A DNA stretch of 59,117 bases, counting the filler, from Catajapyx aquilonaris (taxonomy: Eukaryota), in assembly GCA_000934665.2 (NCBI GenBank). It is 3 parts of 3 records of this genome, joined end to end, with 100 filler letters (N's around TTAATTAATTAA, not from the genome) between each part and the next. Parts side by side here need not be neighbours in the genome. Positions count along the whole stretch, not along the records: positions 1 to 19,624 come from JYFJ02006412.1; 2 more parts are not named here. One strand, given 5' to 3'. Under the pieces are notes generated by a model. The model did not search any database. It was not told where the DNA came from and saw only the letters and a program-made list of their open reading frames with translations. Positions within the stretch are counted from its first letter, which is position 1, and each line of letters begins with the position of its first letter. Positions 1 to 12,796 of this stretch are shown piece by piece. Made by a program: the position numbers and the translations under genes.

Positions 1-38
1 CCCCCTTCACTTGTCCGCGCGGATTATGGACGGCCCCC
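1..38. mobile_element. Right terminus of a TIR MITE truncated by the window start
   Basis: Ends in ...GGATTATGGACGGCCCC, the reverse complement of the GGGGCCGTCCATAA-type terminus common in arthropod MITEs; the partner end is not in the window. Confidence 0.35.
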
Positions 39-339
39 AACCAACCCGTATGATGAATTTGATTATACCCTATACAGTATAAATGTGTCCCTACCTAGAA
101 TCTCGCTTTTCCGCATATGGGCAATGCATCCTTTGATCTGAGCCCTCCAAGGTTGCAGCCTTCCTCTGTCGCCTTCTCCGACCCATTGTTCGAAGATGTC
201 AAGCACGACCGAACTTCGGACCGAACCCAGCGCAGAGGCATAACCTTTGACCCACAACAATATATGAGGTGGTAAACAACAACTGACGTTTCTCGGTGAT
301 GGCGTCATGAACAAATGAAGTAATGACAGAAAAAATACG

Positions 340-719
340 AGGTAAAAAAATCACAGCTCCAATCCTGTAGCAGTGGGAACTGTGAGATTTTTAACATAGA
401 TCCGCACCATCCTACTGCATCTTCGGCCCTTTGACGAAGAAACCAAATTCCGAATAGTTATTGAGCAAAAAAATTGATACGTATTTTTTGGTGGGTTTAA
501 AGTTTTTGCGGCGTTTTGAAGAGGAATTAAGTAAAAGTGTAAATGGTAGGAAATCAAGTCACGACGGTGGGGATCTGTGTTCAAAATTTGGAAGCTCTAC
601 CTACAGCAGAACTTGAGTTAGGGCGAATAAAAAAAACGTAACAACAACAACAACAAGATGGAAAAATTCATTGTTGAAATCTATGCTACGGTCTTACTTA
701 AGGGCTACCGCCCTTAAAA
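340..719 (+). mobile_element. Probable Helitron/Helentron-type (DINE-1-like) non-autonomous element
   Basis: Short (AAC)n tract at about 640-656 followed by a terminal stem-loop TTAAGGGC-TACC-GCCCTTAA (about 698-717). The left boundary is approximate. Confidence 0.35.
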
Positions 720-1991
720 TGACTGAGGGCGATACACGCTTGCCCCGGGCCGGCCCTCGTTAGAGTCTGTCGCCTGCGCTATCGAGGTCTCTGGGGCCCG
801 CTGACTCCAGTGATGGATAAATCTTAATCTAACGTGTACGGGTTATTCCGGGTTATTCAGCACATTCTTGTCTCTCAAGGTCGACCTTGAACATGTAGAA
901 TAAAGTCACTTATATTTGGGAAAAATTGGGGTTTCAAATCTGCAGGTGTCTGAAGTGTACTACAATAACGCTATTTATCATAATTGTAGTTACGCTGCTG
1001 CATCCTCGTCTCGGCAAAAAAAAATCTTTTCAAAGTACTGGTCTGGTGTGCGACAAAAATCGACTTCCGTCATACAAGTGCGAGTGCATTTCTCGGAGAT
1101 CGCAATGTTCCAATTTGATAAATTATTTTCTTGCTGATAGCACTATTTTATGCTGTAATCGTGATGAATTTCCACAACCGGGTCAAACAATACGTAAATC
1201 CTCGTCGTCTTTCCGACATCCCGACGAATTTTTATTTGCCTTCAATCGCATTTTTATGTGCAGGGGATATGTGTATTATGAACATGTCGGTCAACATGGC
1301 ACACAACAATTGCTCCGATGACGACAGCCTTTACCCCAACATGATGGCAGAATAAGGACCCGGAAAATGTGCAATAATACGCCATCCGAATCCGAATCAT
1401 TCGCACGTGTGAAGATTTAAAGGGCGGGGCAAGTTGTCAACGTTGCTCTAGGCAGACCCACCATGGTGCTGCGTATCGAATTTGTTGTAAACAGAGCAGA
1501 CTCCTGGCAATGTATTTATTCCGCTTAACAAATGAACATTTTGACACAATGTACTTTACAAAATCGGTTCAGATATGTTTAAAGTTATTTTTAAAACTTC
1601 ATAAAGAAATGTACTGCAGCTAGAAAGTGGGCAATATTTTCTCAAAAAGACGGCCATCTTGGAACTGCAGTTGCACAGCAAGCCAGCAGCAAGCAGTTCG
1701 AAATCTTCGAATGAATAATCTCCAACGCATGAAGTCGCAGCACTCAGGAATATTTTTTTCATGTTTCCGTGCCGATTTTCATTAGGTTGCGTCAAAGTGC
1801 GCACACCAACATCCATTGGAACAGTTTGGAAAGTGTACCCATTTTGGGTACATATAAAAATCACGGATGGAGAAGGGAAAAGGGAAATTTTTTTCCTGTT
1901 CAAGCTCGCACAAGCTTAGGTGAATGTGACTGACCAGTTATTTATTTTTAACTGGTTTGCATGCTGCTTGGTTCCTTTCGTCAACATGCTC

Positions 1992-2326
1992 AAAGGACAT
2001 GGCACAAAATGATTGGGTCAGTGGCCTTCCGTTAGATTTGCCTGAAAATGGGATAATTATGTTGTCGCCCAGACCGTCCTGGTCAATGTTGGATTGGGAC
2101 ATTTCGAGATAGGACGTACAGGGAGCATGCTAATGGCCTCCGAAGGTAATATGGGGAGTATAGTAGCTAACTACTCCCCATATTATATTAGCACGCTCCC
2201 TGTACGTCCTACCTCGAAATGTCCCTATCTAACATTGATCAGGACAGTCTGGGCTACAACATATCCCATTTTTCAGGCAAATTGAACGGAAGGCCGCTGG
2301 CCCATACATTTTGTGCCATGACCTTT
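1992..2326. mobile_element. Foldback MITE (about 335-bp imperfect palindrome)
   Basis: AAAGGACATGGCACAAAATG at the start pairs with CATTTTGTGCCATGACCTTT at the end; arm pairing continues to the centre near 2165 (ATATGGGGAGTA / TACTCCCCATAT). Confidence 0.8.
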
Positions 2327-2514
2327 ACACATCCAAAATCATCCAAAACATTATATCCATATCCAGTTTATTGACATCTGCCAGTTATTTAAATGAAAAT
2401 GCAAAATATTTTATGCAAGATGAAAATACAAGATCATTACAACTGGCAAATGACCCAACAGACTCTTTGGGAATTGGCTGAAATATATACAAAGAGCATA
2501 ATATATTCAAGGTA

Positions 2515-3493
2515 CACCCAAAAAAAAAAATTTGTTGACAGAACCAAAAAAATTTGGTAGAATGCTAAAGGGTCGATTCAACCAAAAGTGCACTTCACCG
2601 AAAAAAAGTGAATAAGTTGAAGTAACCAAAAAAATTTGGTAGAGTGCTAAAGGGTCGATTCAACCAAAACCGCACTTGGCAGAACCAAAATCACGCGGTT
2701 GGCGTAACAAAAATTTTTTTTGTTGCAATTGCATTGGGGGCAGCCTCTCATGTTCAGGCCAGGTGAACGGGTGATTACTTTCCACCAGATGTTTGTCAGT
2801 TATAGGCGATGATGATATCATAACCAAGCCCTTGGGGCAACCTGACAGAGACATAATGTCCATCGGGTGGTTGAGTGCTCACCTGGTCCAGGTAGGAGTG
2901 GATGGGCTTCTTTGGGACGTTACAGAGATTCTCTGACTACTAGTGTTTAAACGCAAGTGTGAAGGATGGGGTCTCTGTAATTGAGAGAAGCTAACTGACA
3001 TGCTATGCTGGGGCTAACCCCCTCCAGTGTAGGTACAGAGTACAAGTAATTCGACTGTACATTGGTGAATGACTCTTGAGCGACTGTATCATAAGTACCC
3101 ACTGTGGCGGATTAGCTTTAACAGTAGTTGTCTACGGCCGCGCTTTGCGATTGTATTACGGGCAGCCTCTCATGTTCCGGTGATTACTTTCCGCCAGATG
3201 TGTGTCAGTTATAGGCGATGATAATAATTATCATAACCAATATGTTCGTTATCACAACCGAAAACTTGGTTAGGAGAAACACGTCAGAACAACCAATATT
3301 TTGGTTAACTCAACCAAAAACTTGGTTAGGAGAAACACGTCAGAACAACCAATATTTTGGTTGACTCAACCAAAATGCGACAACCAATTTTTTTTGGTTA
3401 CTTCAACCGAAATCTTGATAGGTTGTATATTAACCCTCCAAATTTGGTTCCATGAACCATATTTTGGTTCTGTCAACATTTTTTTTTTCGGTG
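2515..3493. mobile_element. Non-autonomous CACTA/EnSpm-like DNA transposon
   Basis: TIRs CACC(C/G)A(n)TGTTGACAGAACCAAAA at both ends, TA on both flanks (2513-14, 3494-95), and many subterminal AACCAAAA/TTGGTT repeats. Confidence 0.75.
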
Positions 3494-3991
3494 TATAAAT
3501 ACCAGAAAAATGTGTGCATGGGATATATAATAATTATAGTATAAGTTGTAGTCAAACTCCATATTCGACATTAGCCTACATTACATGGGAAAAAGAAATG
3601 GGTCTCGATGAGAAGTAATTTTAAAACTCAGAGAAAAAAACCCTGCTTTGTTGCATTTTTAAGGTGCTTGGTGGAATCTAATTCTAACAAAAAAAAAAAT
3701 GTCACACAAGCAGTAGTGATAGGCATACTGATGTCCAGAACCGTATGCTAGATGAGTTTTTTCCATTTTTGTACTGACAAGTTGGAATAGCCTACATCAC
3801 AAAAAATTGAAATATTTTATGATTGTGAGAGCTTTGATCTCATCATTTTATGTGTTAAATATTTGAAACATAATCTATGCAGATATTCTGTTAAAAATGT
3901 GGGCCTTTGTTTAAAAAAAACGAGAGAAACCCAAATTTTCCTTGGAAAAAACGAAAAATCAGGTTTTCCCTGGCCTTTACAACACTAGCCC

Positions 3992-4113
3992 TAACTGTGA
4001 CAGTTTGGCCGAATCCGGGACAAATGGGCGTCCCGAATGACACTTGAAAAATCAGGGACAAAGGATGAACATTCGGGACTGCCCCGGAAAATTCGGGATG
4101 TCTGGTCACGTTA
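3992..4113. mobile_element. Short hAT-like MITE remnant
   Basis: TAACTGTGAC ... GTCACGTTA termini with internal (C)GGGAC repeats; no TSD confirmed. Confidence 0.4.
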
Positions 4114-4759
4114 CAGTTATTTTCCTTTTGGAATATACAACTTACATCATCCACCACATACAATATTTGCGAAGGTGCGGTTTTATACCTTAAAATAGCT
4201 GATTTGAACTATATTTTTGGGGTTCAGGGCGGGGAGGGTTACAACTTCCCCCAATCCCCTCCCCCTCCTTACGCCGCCGATCCTGGTACTACAATAAGTC
4301 TCATGCACTTTTGCAGTGTCGCTTTGTATTATATCTTGTCGTCTCATTTTGTAACGTCCGGGCAAAAAGGTCAAGTTAGTACTTTGGCCTATTACACTAC
4401 CAGTACCAGCTGCTGTGGTCTCAAACTCGGACCGTCCGACCACGCGACCGTCCGACTTGGGGACATGTGGTGTGGCTTGGAACCCACACAATGGCCCACA
4501 GCCGCGCGGCCCACCGTCCGGCTGACATGCACAGCATACACCTTATGTATCGTAATGAACGCCCCCCCGGTCCCCCCATCCCCGGTCCCCCAAATTATTG
4601 AGTTATTTTCGATTTGGAATAAATTAGATTTACCCATGTGCGTTTTTGTACCTATTAAAATAGCGGATTTGAACTACAGGCCTATGTTTGAGGTCCGGGG
4701 GGGGGGAGGGGGGAGGTTAACACCCCCCCACAACCTCCCCCCTCCCTACGCCACTGCTA

Positions 4760-4942
4760 GGTTTGGTACTCTTTGGTACTCTCAGTCTCAGGTACTCCCA
4801 GTACTCCTCGGTACTCTTTGATACTCTCAGTCTCAGGTACTCCCAGGGACTCCTAGTGACTCCCAGGTACTCCTCGGTACTCCTTGGTACTCCTTGAATT
4901 TGGTACTCCGGTGTACACTTTTCAGTCGAGTGATTACCCCTG
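4760..4942 (-). repeat. GGTACTC-rich tandem array, partial copy of the MITE family at 58831-58978
   Basis: Reverse complement of 4880-4942 (CAGGGGTAATCACTCGACTGAAAAGTGTACACCGGAGTACCAAATTCAAGGAGTACC) matches 58831-58890; the internal GAGTACC unit is expanded here. Confidence 0.7.
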
Positions 4943-5031
4943 GATGGTACATGGTACTCCTGCCTTGCCCGTCCTTTGTTAGTGGACGTCACCTGGGACA
5001 CGCCGAAGTCAACAACCAGCATAGCCTGTCC

Positions 5032-6587
5032 CAAAGAGCTTAATACTAGAAAGAGTGGAAAAGACAGCTGGTAGCATAGCAACCGTGTCTCCAATCGACT
5101 GACCTGCCACCTGGCGAGTCGACAGCCAAACTCGATACTGTATTGTACAATACGGTAGATCGAGGCAGTGCCGGAAATATGGCAATAAAAGCCCCAGAGG
5201 TTGGAAATAAGCAACAAGTACTCGTATACTCTCGTTGGTGTAAAAATTGACGACAAAACACGATGTAGAAGAGAAGACCTGTGAATAAAATACCATCACG
5301 AAAAGCAAATTGTTTGCCAGAAGTTTATAGCCACTACAATAATCCCACACTCTGCGCTATACAATACACACCACGGTAGGCTACTGTACACACTGGTCAT
5401 GATTGGTCATGATGCTGAACATGGTCATGACAGGAAGATATACCCCCCGCTGCTATGTCCTTCTTGTGGCGGGACGGGCTTGTTCTTCTACCGTGAACTC
5501 GACTACTCGAGAGCCGTGGAGGGTCCTTTGGTAATGAAAAGAATGCGATCCGAGACCCCGTGCGCGAACAGCAGTAGTGGCACTCGGCACCCAACCCCCG
5601 ACCGTCTACGCCCCACTATGCCGGCCTTGGAACTTGTTCCATTTCAAAATTCGAACCTGATTTCTTAGCAACGAGGTGATTATTTGGATTGTTAGGTGCA
5701 GGGTGGCAAGCTGCGTCGAATATCAGTTTCGGGTCCAAAATTAGTGCCGCATACGACCTCATATAGTCATATTGGTCAGTTTTTAGATTTATAACTCTTA
5801 ATTATGTGCCTCTTGATATTAAATCAACACAGTTTATTGAAATTCCTCTCGACAGCACTCGACGGTGCCGCCTAGTGGCGCCGCGTAGTGGTCGACAGCC
5901 AAACACGTTGACTAAACAACTGGCCAAAAAGTGGCGACGCTTGGAAACCAACGAGATAGAATAGGATAGAGGCCGTAAAGGTCGGACATCTTTGAAGCCA
6001 TTTGGGGCCATCGGGCGGCCATGACACTTCACGGCAAGAACTTTGAAATTGTAGTATTTCTAACACTGTTCTCCTCTCCTGCCTCCTGGCGGGACTAGGA
6101 AGAAAAGGCAGTCTGGTGAAAGCAACGAGGTATGAATAGGGTTAGAGGCCGTGAAGGTCCGCCATCTTTGAAGCAATTGGCGGCCATGCCACTTTACTGC
6201 AAAAGAGCATTGGTGGTATACAGAAGTAGACAGTAGCGCCATGCGGCCAGAGGGAAAACCAGCCATGAGTTTACCACCTCACGCGTGTTATTCCGTGAAG
6301 TGTCATGGCCGCTCAATTGCATCAAAGATGGCGGGACTTTACGGCCTCTAACCCTAATTTATACCTCGTTGCTTTCACCAGACTGCCATTTATTCCCACC
6401 CCCCGCCAGGAGGCAGGAGTGTAGACAGAGGAGAACAGGGTTAGAAATGGACAATTTCAAATTCGCGCTTGTTCTTGCCGTGAAGTGGCATGGCCGCCAA
6501 AGATCACGTGACCTTTACGGCCTCTATCATATTCTATCTCGTTGTTGGAAACCGTTTTTTCAACTCTTCCTAGTATTAAGCTCTTTG
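5032..6587 (-). mobile_element. P-superfamily-like internally deleted DNA transposon with THAP-like remnant
   Basis: TIR CAAAGAGCTTAATACTAG at both ends; 8-bp TSD GCCTGTCC (5024-31, 6588-95). Minus-strand peptide near 5510-5600, ECHYCCSRTGSRIAFFSLPKDPPR, resembles a THAP N-terminus. Confidence 0.75.
5949..6544. mobile_element. Foldback MITE nested in the P-like element
   Basis: TIR CAACGAGATAGAATA / TATTCTATCTCGTTG with long inverted arms; 8-bp TSD TTGGAAAC (5941-48, 6545-52). Confidence 0.8.
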
Positions 6588-6778
6588 GCCTGTCCTGTCG
6601 GCAATCTGTTGTAAACTCCCCCNCCCCCCCCCCCATTATCTGCGAGTACCTGACCAGGCTTCAGATTATTTTTTTGTATTATCTGGTATTATGTAGGCTA
6701 TGTGGTCATACGAGGATATTAAGGACCTCATCCTCAATATCCGCTGGCAACCCCATATCTGTTTGGGAAACGCCGTGA

Positions 6779-7097
6779 AGATGATGATGATGATGATGAA
6801 ATAATAACAATTATTTATAATAATAATTGTTATTAATAATAATGATAATTATTTATAATACTAATTGTTATTAATAATAATGATAATTATTTATAATAAT
6901 AATTGTTATTAATAATAATGATAATTAAATAATTAGTGTTATTAATAATAATGATAATTAAATAATTAGTGTTATTAATAATGATGATAATTAAATAATA
7001 CGGTAATTATTGTTAATAATAATTAAATAATCCGGTAATTATTGTTAATACTAATTAAATAATACGGTAATTACTGTTAATAATAATTAAATAATTG
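6779..7097. repeat. (GAT)n microsatellite followed by AT-rich minisatellite
   Basis: GATGATGAT run, then tandem units such as ATAATTATTTATAATAATAATTGTTATTAATAATAATG and AATTAAATAATACGGTAATTATTGTTAATAAT. Confidence 0.85.
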
Positions 7098-8095
7098 AAT
7101 GCCACAATGCAATAAGGGCCCATCTGTCAATTTTTACGTAAATGCTTTTATGGCATATTGTACTTCCTCTGGTGGATGTCCATCCGTATAAAATGCAAGA
7201 AGAGCCGAAATGTCACTAGTAACGCCTGGAAAAGGCTTCTAACCAGCGACGGACCAAAACGCGATTTTTCGATAGCAGTGACAAACGTCATTGTCATTTT
7301 TGAAAAGCGCGATTTTAATACTACAAGTGACCCACGATTTGAAAATAGCGGTGACTTTTAACCGCGGCGTGATTTTTGTCTAAGCGCTACTTCTAAAGGA
7401 GATGCGTTACTTTACCATTTAGAACGTTCCCCTCTGAGGAGCAGTGCTAAACCTAGTGGAAAATAAAGTAGACTTGTGGGTATAGTATGTCACCAAACAA
7501 TCTTTGACCTACGCCCTCGGGAAGTGGTCAAAAATGGCCGCTACTTCATAAGGTAGACCTAGGTGGCATGGGAGACCAAAAAAACATTAAATTTAATTAA
7601 ATATAATGTATAATTACTCTGAGGCGAATACTATGTCTCCTGTCATAATCATTCATTAATTTTATCCTGAGACGGTTTATTCTCCATATTTAAGCCAAAG
7701 GAACGATACAATGCAAGAAGGGCCCAATTGTGATGAGCATTAAAAGTATTTAAATAAAATAAAAATTACATGGACATTTCAATGAAAGTGCTCAGGTATT
7801 CATGTTGTACAATCTGTCATTAGGTTTAGAGCACAATGGCCTACCACGAACAGAAACAGAAATAAATAGGTTTTTTTTTTCGCTTCCTGGACATTTTCTA
7901 CGAGTATTTTCATAATATTGAGCCCTTATTGCGGAATTACTCTTTCCAGGTGATTTCACATGGCGGGCTGAGAAGGCTGCGAGAAAAGAAGCAAAGAGTT
8001 GACCTTGATTGGAAACCAGCACCTCTAGGTCGGTTGGGACGGAAAGAGAGGGTTACAAGCAAGATGAGGGTGCATTTTGAACAGGGCGAATTCGG

Positions 8096-8097
<2 letters not shown>

Positions 8098-8166
<69 letters not shown>
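8098..8166. repeat. (CT)n microsatellite
   Basis: Uninterrupted CT dinucleotide run. Confidence 0.95.
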
Positions 8167-8169
<3 letters not shown>

Positions 8170-8510
8170 TGGAGTGGATGAGGGAAGTTGCAGGGCAGGT
8201 GGGTGGAACGGATGGGGAGTGGGGGCGGGGCGGGGGAAAGGAAAGCAGGTGGGGAAAAGAGGATCTGGGAATAAAGGTGTGCTTCGCTTTGCTATTTATA
8301 GTACGCTTGTTCCTAGTTCTTCCTACTGTAGCTGACATGCCTTCCCATTCCCTTGTTCGGGCCCTCCAGCATACCTTCTCCGGTGGACATGTCCGAATGC
8401 GAGATTACCATAGGCGCAGATGCTATTGACTCCACCGTACTTGCCCATGTATACAGTATACAGTTTGAAGTAGCAATTGCTTCCTCAAGAACCTACGTGA
8501 CTTACTTGTA

Positions 8511-9252
8511 TAGGGTCATCGAAAAAGAATGTCCCAATTTTAAAACCCTATAACTCGAAAACTTGTAGACATATCTGAATGATTTAAGTTTTGAAATGCT
8601 AAGAAATGTCTTTTAAGTTTTGGTCTCACCTAAGATTGTTTCGATATGAACTCCATTTGTCTCTCGAAAAATGTAAATACGGTAATCGGGTCGTGCCTAA
8701 CCCAATCACACATGTCTGAAGTCACCATTGTGATTCTTCCCATAGGTGCTGGAGATGCCGGATATTTTCACCATACATGTATCTGGTATCTCCACACACA
8801 AAAAAGTCAATTGGGGTAAGATCTTGGAATCTGGGGGTGCTAGGCATAGGGAAACTTTCATTCAAGACTTCACACACTGGGGGGTGGGGGGGGGGGGCTG
8901 AACAAATGAAACTTTCCTACGGCAGGATTATTTCATGGATGAGGCGACTTTTATGTGCATCATTAATGACAATGTGTGTGGTGTAAAGACCCATCATCTC
9001 CAGCACCTACGGGATAGGATCACAACGGTAACTCCACATATTGAGAGCGTCTGTCTTGAGACCGAATACCGTCTTTTTTATTTGCTGAGCTACAAATGAA
9101 GCTCATATAGAAACACACTAAGGTGAGACCAAAACTTTAGACATTTCTCAGCATTTCTAGACTTAGGGTAGTAGTCTAAATCATTAAGATATGTCTGCAA
9201 GTTGTCGAGTGATAGGGTTTGAAAATTGGGACATTATTTTTTGATGACCCTG
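8511..9252 (-). mobile_element. Tc1/mariner-superfamily deletion derivative
   Basis: TIR (T/C)AGGGTCATC(G/A)AAAA...ATGTCCCAATTTT at both ends with TA flanks. Minus-strand remnant DLTPIDFFVW (about 8790-8835) matches the WPPRSPDLTPLDFFLWG motif. Confidence 0.8.
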
Positions 9253-9769
9253 TATTAGACAAAACTGCATCACAACATCCAAATCCAAAGATTAGAGAGC
9301 GTATTGCAACGGTTTCAATCTGCGAACCTCAAGATGAAACCTTCTAAATGTCAATTTGCTCTTTTACAGAAATAAAATATCTGGGACATATTGTGAGTGG
9401 TCAGGGCATACACCCCGACCCGGAGAAAGCTGTCTGTGTCTCCGCTTACCCAATTCCGAAGACTGTCAAAGAAGTCAGGTCTTTTATCGGATTGGCATCG
9501 TATTATCGCCGTTTCATTCTCAATTTTTCCGAAATAGCTAAGCCTTTGCATACCTTGACAAGTTGGAAAGCCATTTTCCAGTGGGGAACGAACGAACAAA
9601 ATGCGTTTGACACTTTAAAACAGAAACTCACATCTGCCCCGATATTGGCATACCCACGGTTCTCATTGCCATTCAGGATATATACCGACGCCAGCGCTTT
9701 TGGCATCGGTAACATCTTAGCTCAGGTCCAGGACGGTGTGGAACGCGTGTTAGTATATTCGAGCAAGTT

Positions 9770-10053
9770 ACGGATGTGAAGTTGGGGGTTCCATCTCTGT
9801 ACCCAAATAGAGAGAATCGCAATGCCGTTCAGTGCGGCTCTGGAGAATAAAGCATGGAAGATAGTCCCGCCACTTTGCAAATACATGGGTCTGGCCCCAG
9901 CTAATGTACAAGGTGTTGGTTAAAATTGTTGAATAGTCTGACAGGCATATAAAGGACCATGATTGTAAATAGGTTGTGCAAGGGCTTTAAGTTGATGTAT
10001 GTATTGGTGCTTCTCCCCTGCAAAAGGGTGGTTGACCCCGCAAGCTAATAAAA

Positions 10054-10103
<50 letters not shown>

Positions 10104-10153
10104 TATCATTATCATTATCATTATCATTATCTTTATCACTATCATTATTATAT
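9770..10153 (+). mobile_element. 5'-truncated non-LTR retrotransposon (LINE/SINE 3' end) inserted in Gypsy RNase H
   Basis: Ends in AATAAA plus (ATT)n/(ATC)n tail; 16-bp TSD TATATTCGAG(C/T)AAGTT at 9754-69 and 10154-69. Confidence 0.8.
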
Positions 10154-10240
10154 TATATTCGAGTAAGTTGCTCACACCAACTGAACAGAACTACTCGGTG
10201 ATAGAACGAGAACTCTGGGCATGATAGAGGCCCTTAAAAC

Positions 10241-11288
10241 CAGGGTTGTGAACCGAACCGAACCCTTGCTCCGTGAACCCGATAACAGCGAACCCGCTCC
10301 GGAGCAGTAGAGTCGGAGTCCGGAGCGAGCGTCGGAACGGGGTTCGGGTTCAAGGCGGCTCCGGAGTTGAGTGGAGCCAAGGTCGGAGCTGGTTCGGAGC
10401 GAGCGCCGGAACGGGGTTCGGGTTCAAGCCGGTTCAGGGGAAGAGTGGAGTGAAGGTCGGAGCTGGTTCGGAGCGAACGGCTCCGGAGTTGAACCCGGTT
10501 CAGGAGCGGGGTTCGGAGCGGTTCAAAGCTTGGTTAGGTACAACATACCAACCCAACAGGGGGAAAGGCAGCAAAACCGCTGGATTTACTCCAGAGTATG
10601 CATCATGTTTTCGTGGTGGGAGAATGACATTTCCAAGCACCCGCGATACAGGGTGTACCGCAAATGTCACATTTTCATGTCATGCGCATTTTGGTATGTT
10701 ACAATATGTCATGCGCATTTTTGTATGCCACAATATGTCATACGCATGTTTGAATGCCTCAATATCCCATACCCATTTCTTGGATGTCACATTCTCATGT
10801 TATATGCATTTTTTTGTATGTTACAATAATATGATATTGAAGCATACAAAAATGCCCATGACATGAGAATGTGACATCCAAAAAATGGGTATGAGATATT
10901 GTGGCATACAAAAATGCGCATGACATGAAAATGTGACATTTGCGGTACACTCTGTATTGCGGATGCTTGGAAATGTCATTCTCCCACCATGAAAACATGA
11001 TTCATACTCTGGAGTAAATCCAGCGGTTTTGCTGCCTTTCCCCCTGTTGGGTTGGTATGTTGTACCTAACCAAGCTTTGAACCGCTCCGAACCCCGCTCC
11101 TGAACCGGGTTCAACTCCGGAGCCGTTCGCTCCGAACCAGCTCCGACCTTCGCTCCACTCTTCCCCTGAACCGGCTTGAACCCGAACCCCGTTCCGGCGC
11201 TCGCTCCGGACTCCGACTCTACTGCTCCGGAGCGGGTTCGCTGTTATCGGGTTCACGGAGCAAGGGTTCGGTTCGGTTCACAACCCTG
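10241..11288. mobile_element. hAT-type foldback element (about 1.05-kb near-perfect palindrome)
   Basis: Termini CAGGGTTGTGAACCGAACC / GGTTCGGTTCACAACCCTG; perfect 8-bp TSD CTTAAAAC (10233-40, 11289-96); arms pair to the centre near 10830. Confidence 0.92.
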
Positions 11289-11312
11289 CTTAAAACCTTC
11301 CGTCCCTATATA

Positions 11313-11750
11313 CAGGGTGTTCATCAAAAACACCGACAAACTGATAACCAGTGGCCAATGGTAACGTGAGGGTCATTTTATGTAGAGGAGCCATTATGTC
11401 TACACCGGCTCATTACTGAAATAATTGACTCGTTGCTGATTATCGATTTTTGCCTAATCGCTCCTTCTGACTTTTAAATAGAAATTTCTGGTGTAACTAG
11501 CCAAAGAGGCCTTACCACCTGTGGGCAACAAACCAACAAAGTCCGGCCCCCAGACCTTCCAGACCCTTCTGACTGGGGAAGGGTTCGTTGGGTGGCCTAA
11601 CTTCCAGGATATTTTATACTACCTGTTTGAAGGCAATTTGCGCGGTAATGAGGCGGCCCAGGAATAATCACTCCTCTACATAATGTGATCGTCTGGTCCC
11701 TAGGTCGGGGGTGATATAGGTGTGTCGGTGTTTTTCATGAACACCCCCTG
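11313..11750. mobile_element. Tc1/mariner-type MITE
   Basis: TIR CAGGGTGTTCATCAAAAACACCGACA / TGTCGGTGTTTTTCATGAACACCCCCTG with TA TSD; removal restores Gypsy codons FRPYIYGQK. Confidence 0.85.
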
Positions 11751-12796
11751 TATATGGCCAGAAGTGTGAAATTGTAACGGACCATAAAGCCCTTACGATG
11801 GCTCCGGTCAATGAAAAATCCGTCCGGAAAATTCGCACGCTGGATCTTGCTGATGGACGAATACGCCCCACACATAACATATCAACCGGGTAGACTCCTC
11901 TCACGCGTGGATACTTTATCCCGTTACCCGCAACCAGTCACTGAGGCAACCTTCTCGCCTATTGGGGAATACCCCTTAGCCTCTAAATGGCAAAACCATA
12001 ATCTTGACCTCCTACAAGTCAGACGACATTTAAACCATGGCACACCTCTTACTACCCCCTCTGTTTGGAAACAAGGTTTTCCTTTTTTGGTTGTAGACGG
12101 CGACCTCATTTATCGAAGAAAGGGAGTTATACTGACAATGAGATTCTGATTCCACCGGATAGGGGCAGGGTATTGTTCGAGATGTACCACGAGTCTATGA
12201 CAGGTGCTGTGCACTATGGCTTTGATAAAACTTACTTTCGCATGAAAGGCCGCTTCTATTGGCCTAACATGCGCACGGATGTAAAAGTCCGGTGTAAAGA
12301 GTGCATAACATGCCAGGAAACGAAGTCCCCGAGGAAAGGATATAGGGCCCCCTCTACAACCTATCGAGATTGGAGAACCCATGCAGATGCTGGGAATCGA
12401 CCTCGTAGGCCCTCTACCCATCACTACCTCCGGACACCGTTACACATTGGTAGTGGTCAATTTTTTTACCAAGTGGGCCGAGGCGTATTCTTTACCCAGA
12501 ATTGACGCTGTCACGGTAGCGCATACCTTTGTTAAGGAGTATGTAACTATGTCGATATGGAATTCCCAGTCCTGTTTACTCTCAGACAGGGGCACTAAAT
12601 TCGACAGTACCCTCTTTCAGGAAATTAGTAAGGTTTTTGCCTTCGAGAAAGCTCGTACCGCCTCTTACCACCCCCAAGGAAATGGCATGGTGGAGCGCCT
12701 AAATGGCACCCTTGTACAGTTCTTAAAGGCTCAAATAGTCATTTACCCAGACTCCTGGGACGAACGATTACCGTACACTCTACTGTCGTATCGAAA

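Noticed and set aside
2540..3400. Repeated AACCAAAA / direct-repeat units resembling a CRISPR array
   Set aside because: No constant repeat with unique spacers; these are subterminal repeats of a TIR transposon in eukaryotic DNA.
7929..8429. ORFs with (SL)n or (ER)n tracts
   Set aside because: Translations of the (CT)n microsatellite.
10273..11256. Mirror-image ORFs (197, 152, 97 and 84 aa) on both strands
   Set aside because: By-products of the palindromic hAT foldback; repetitive and without domain-like sequence.
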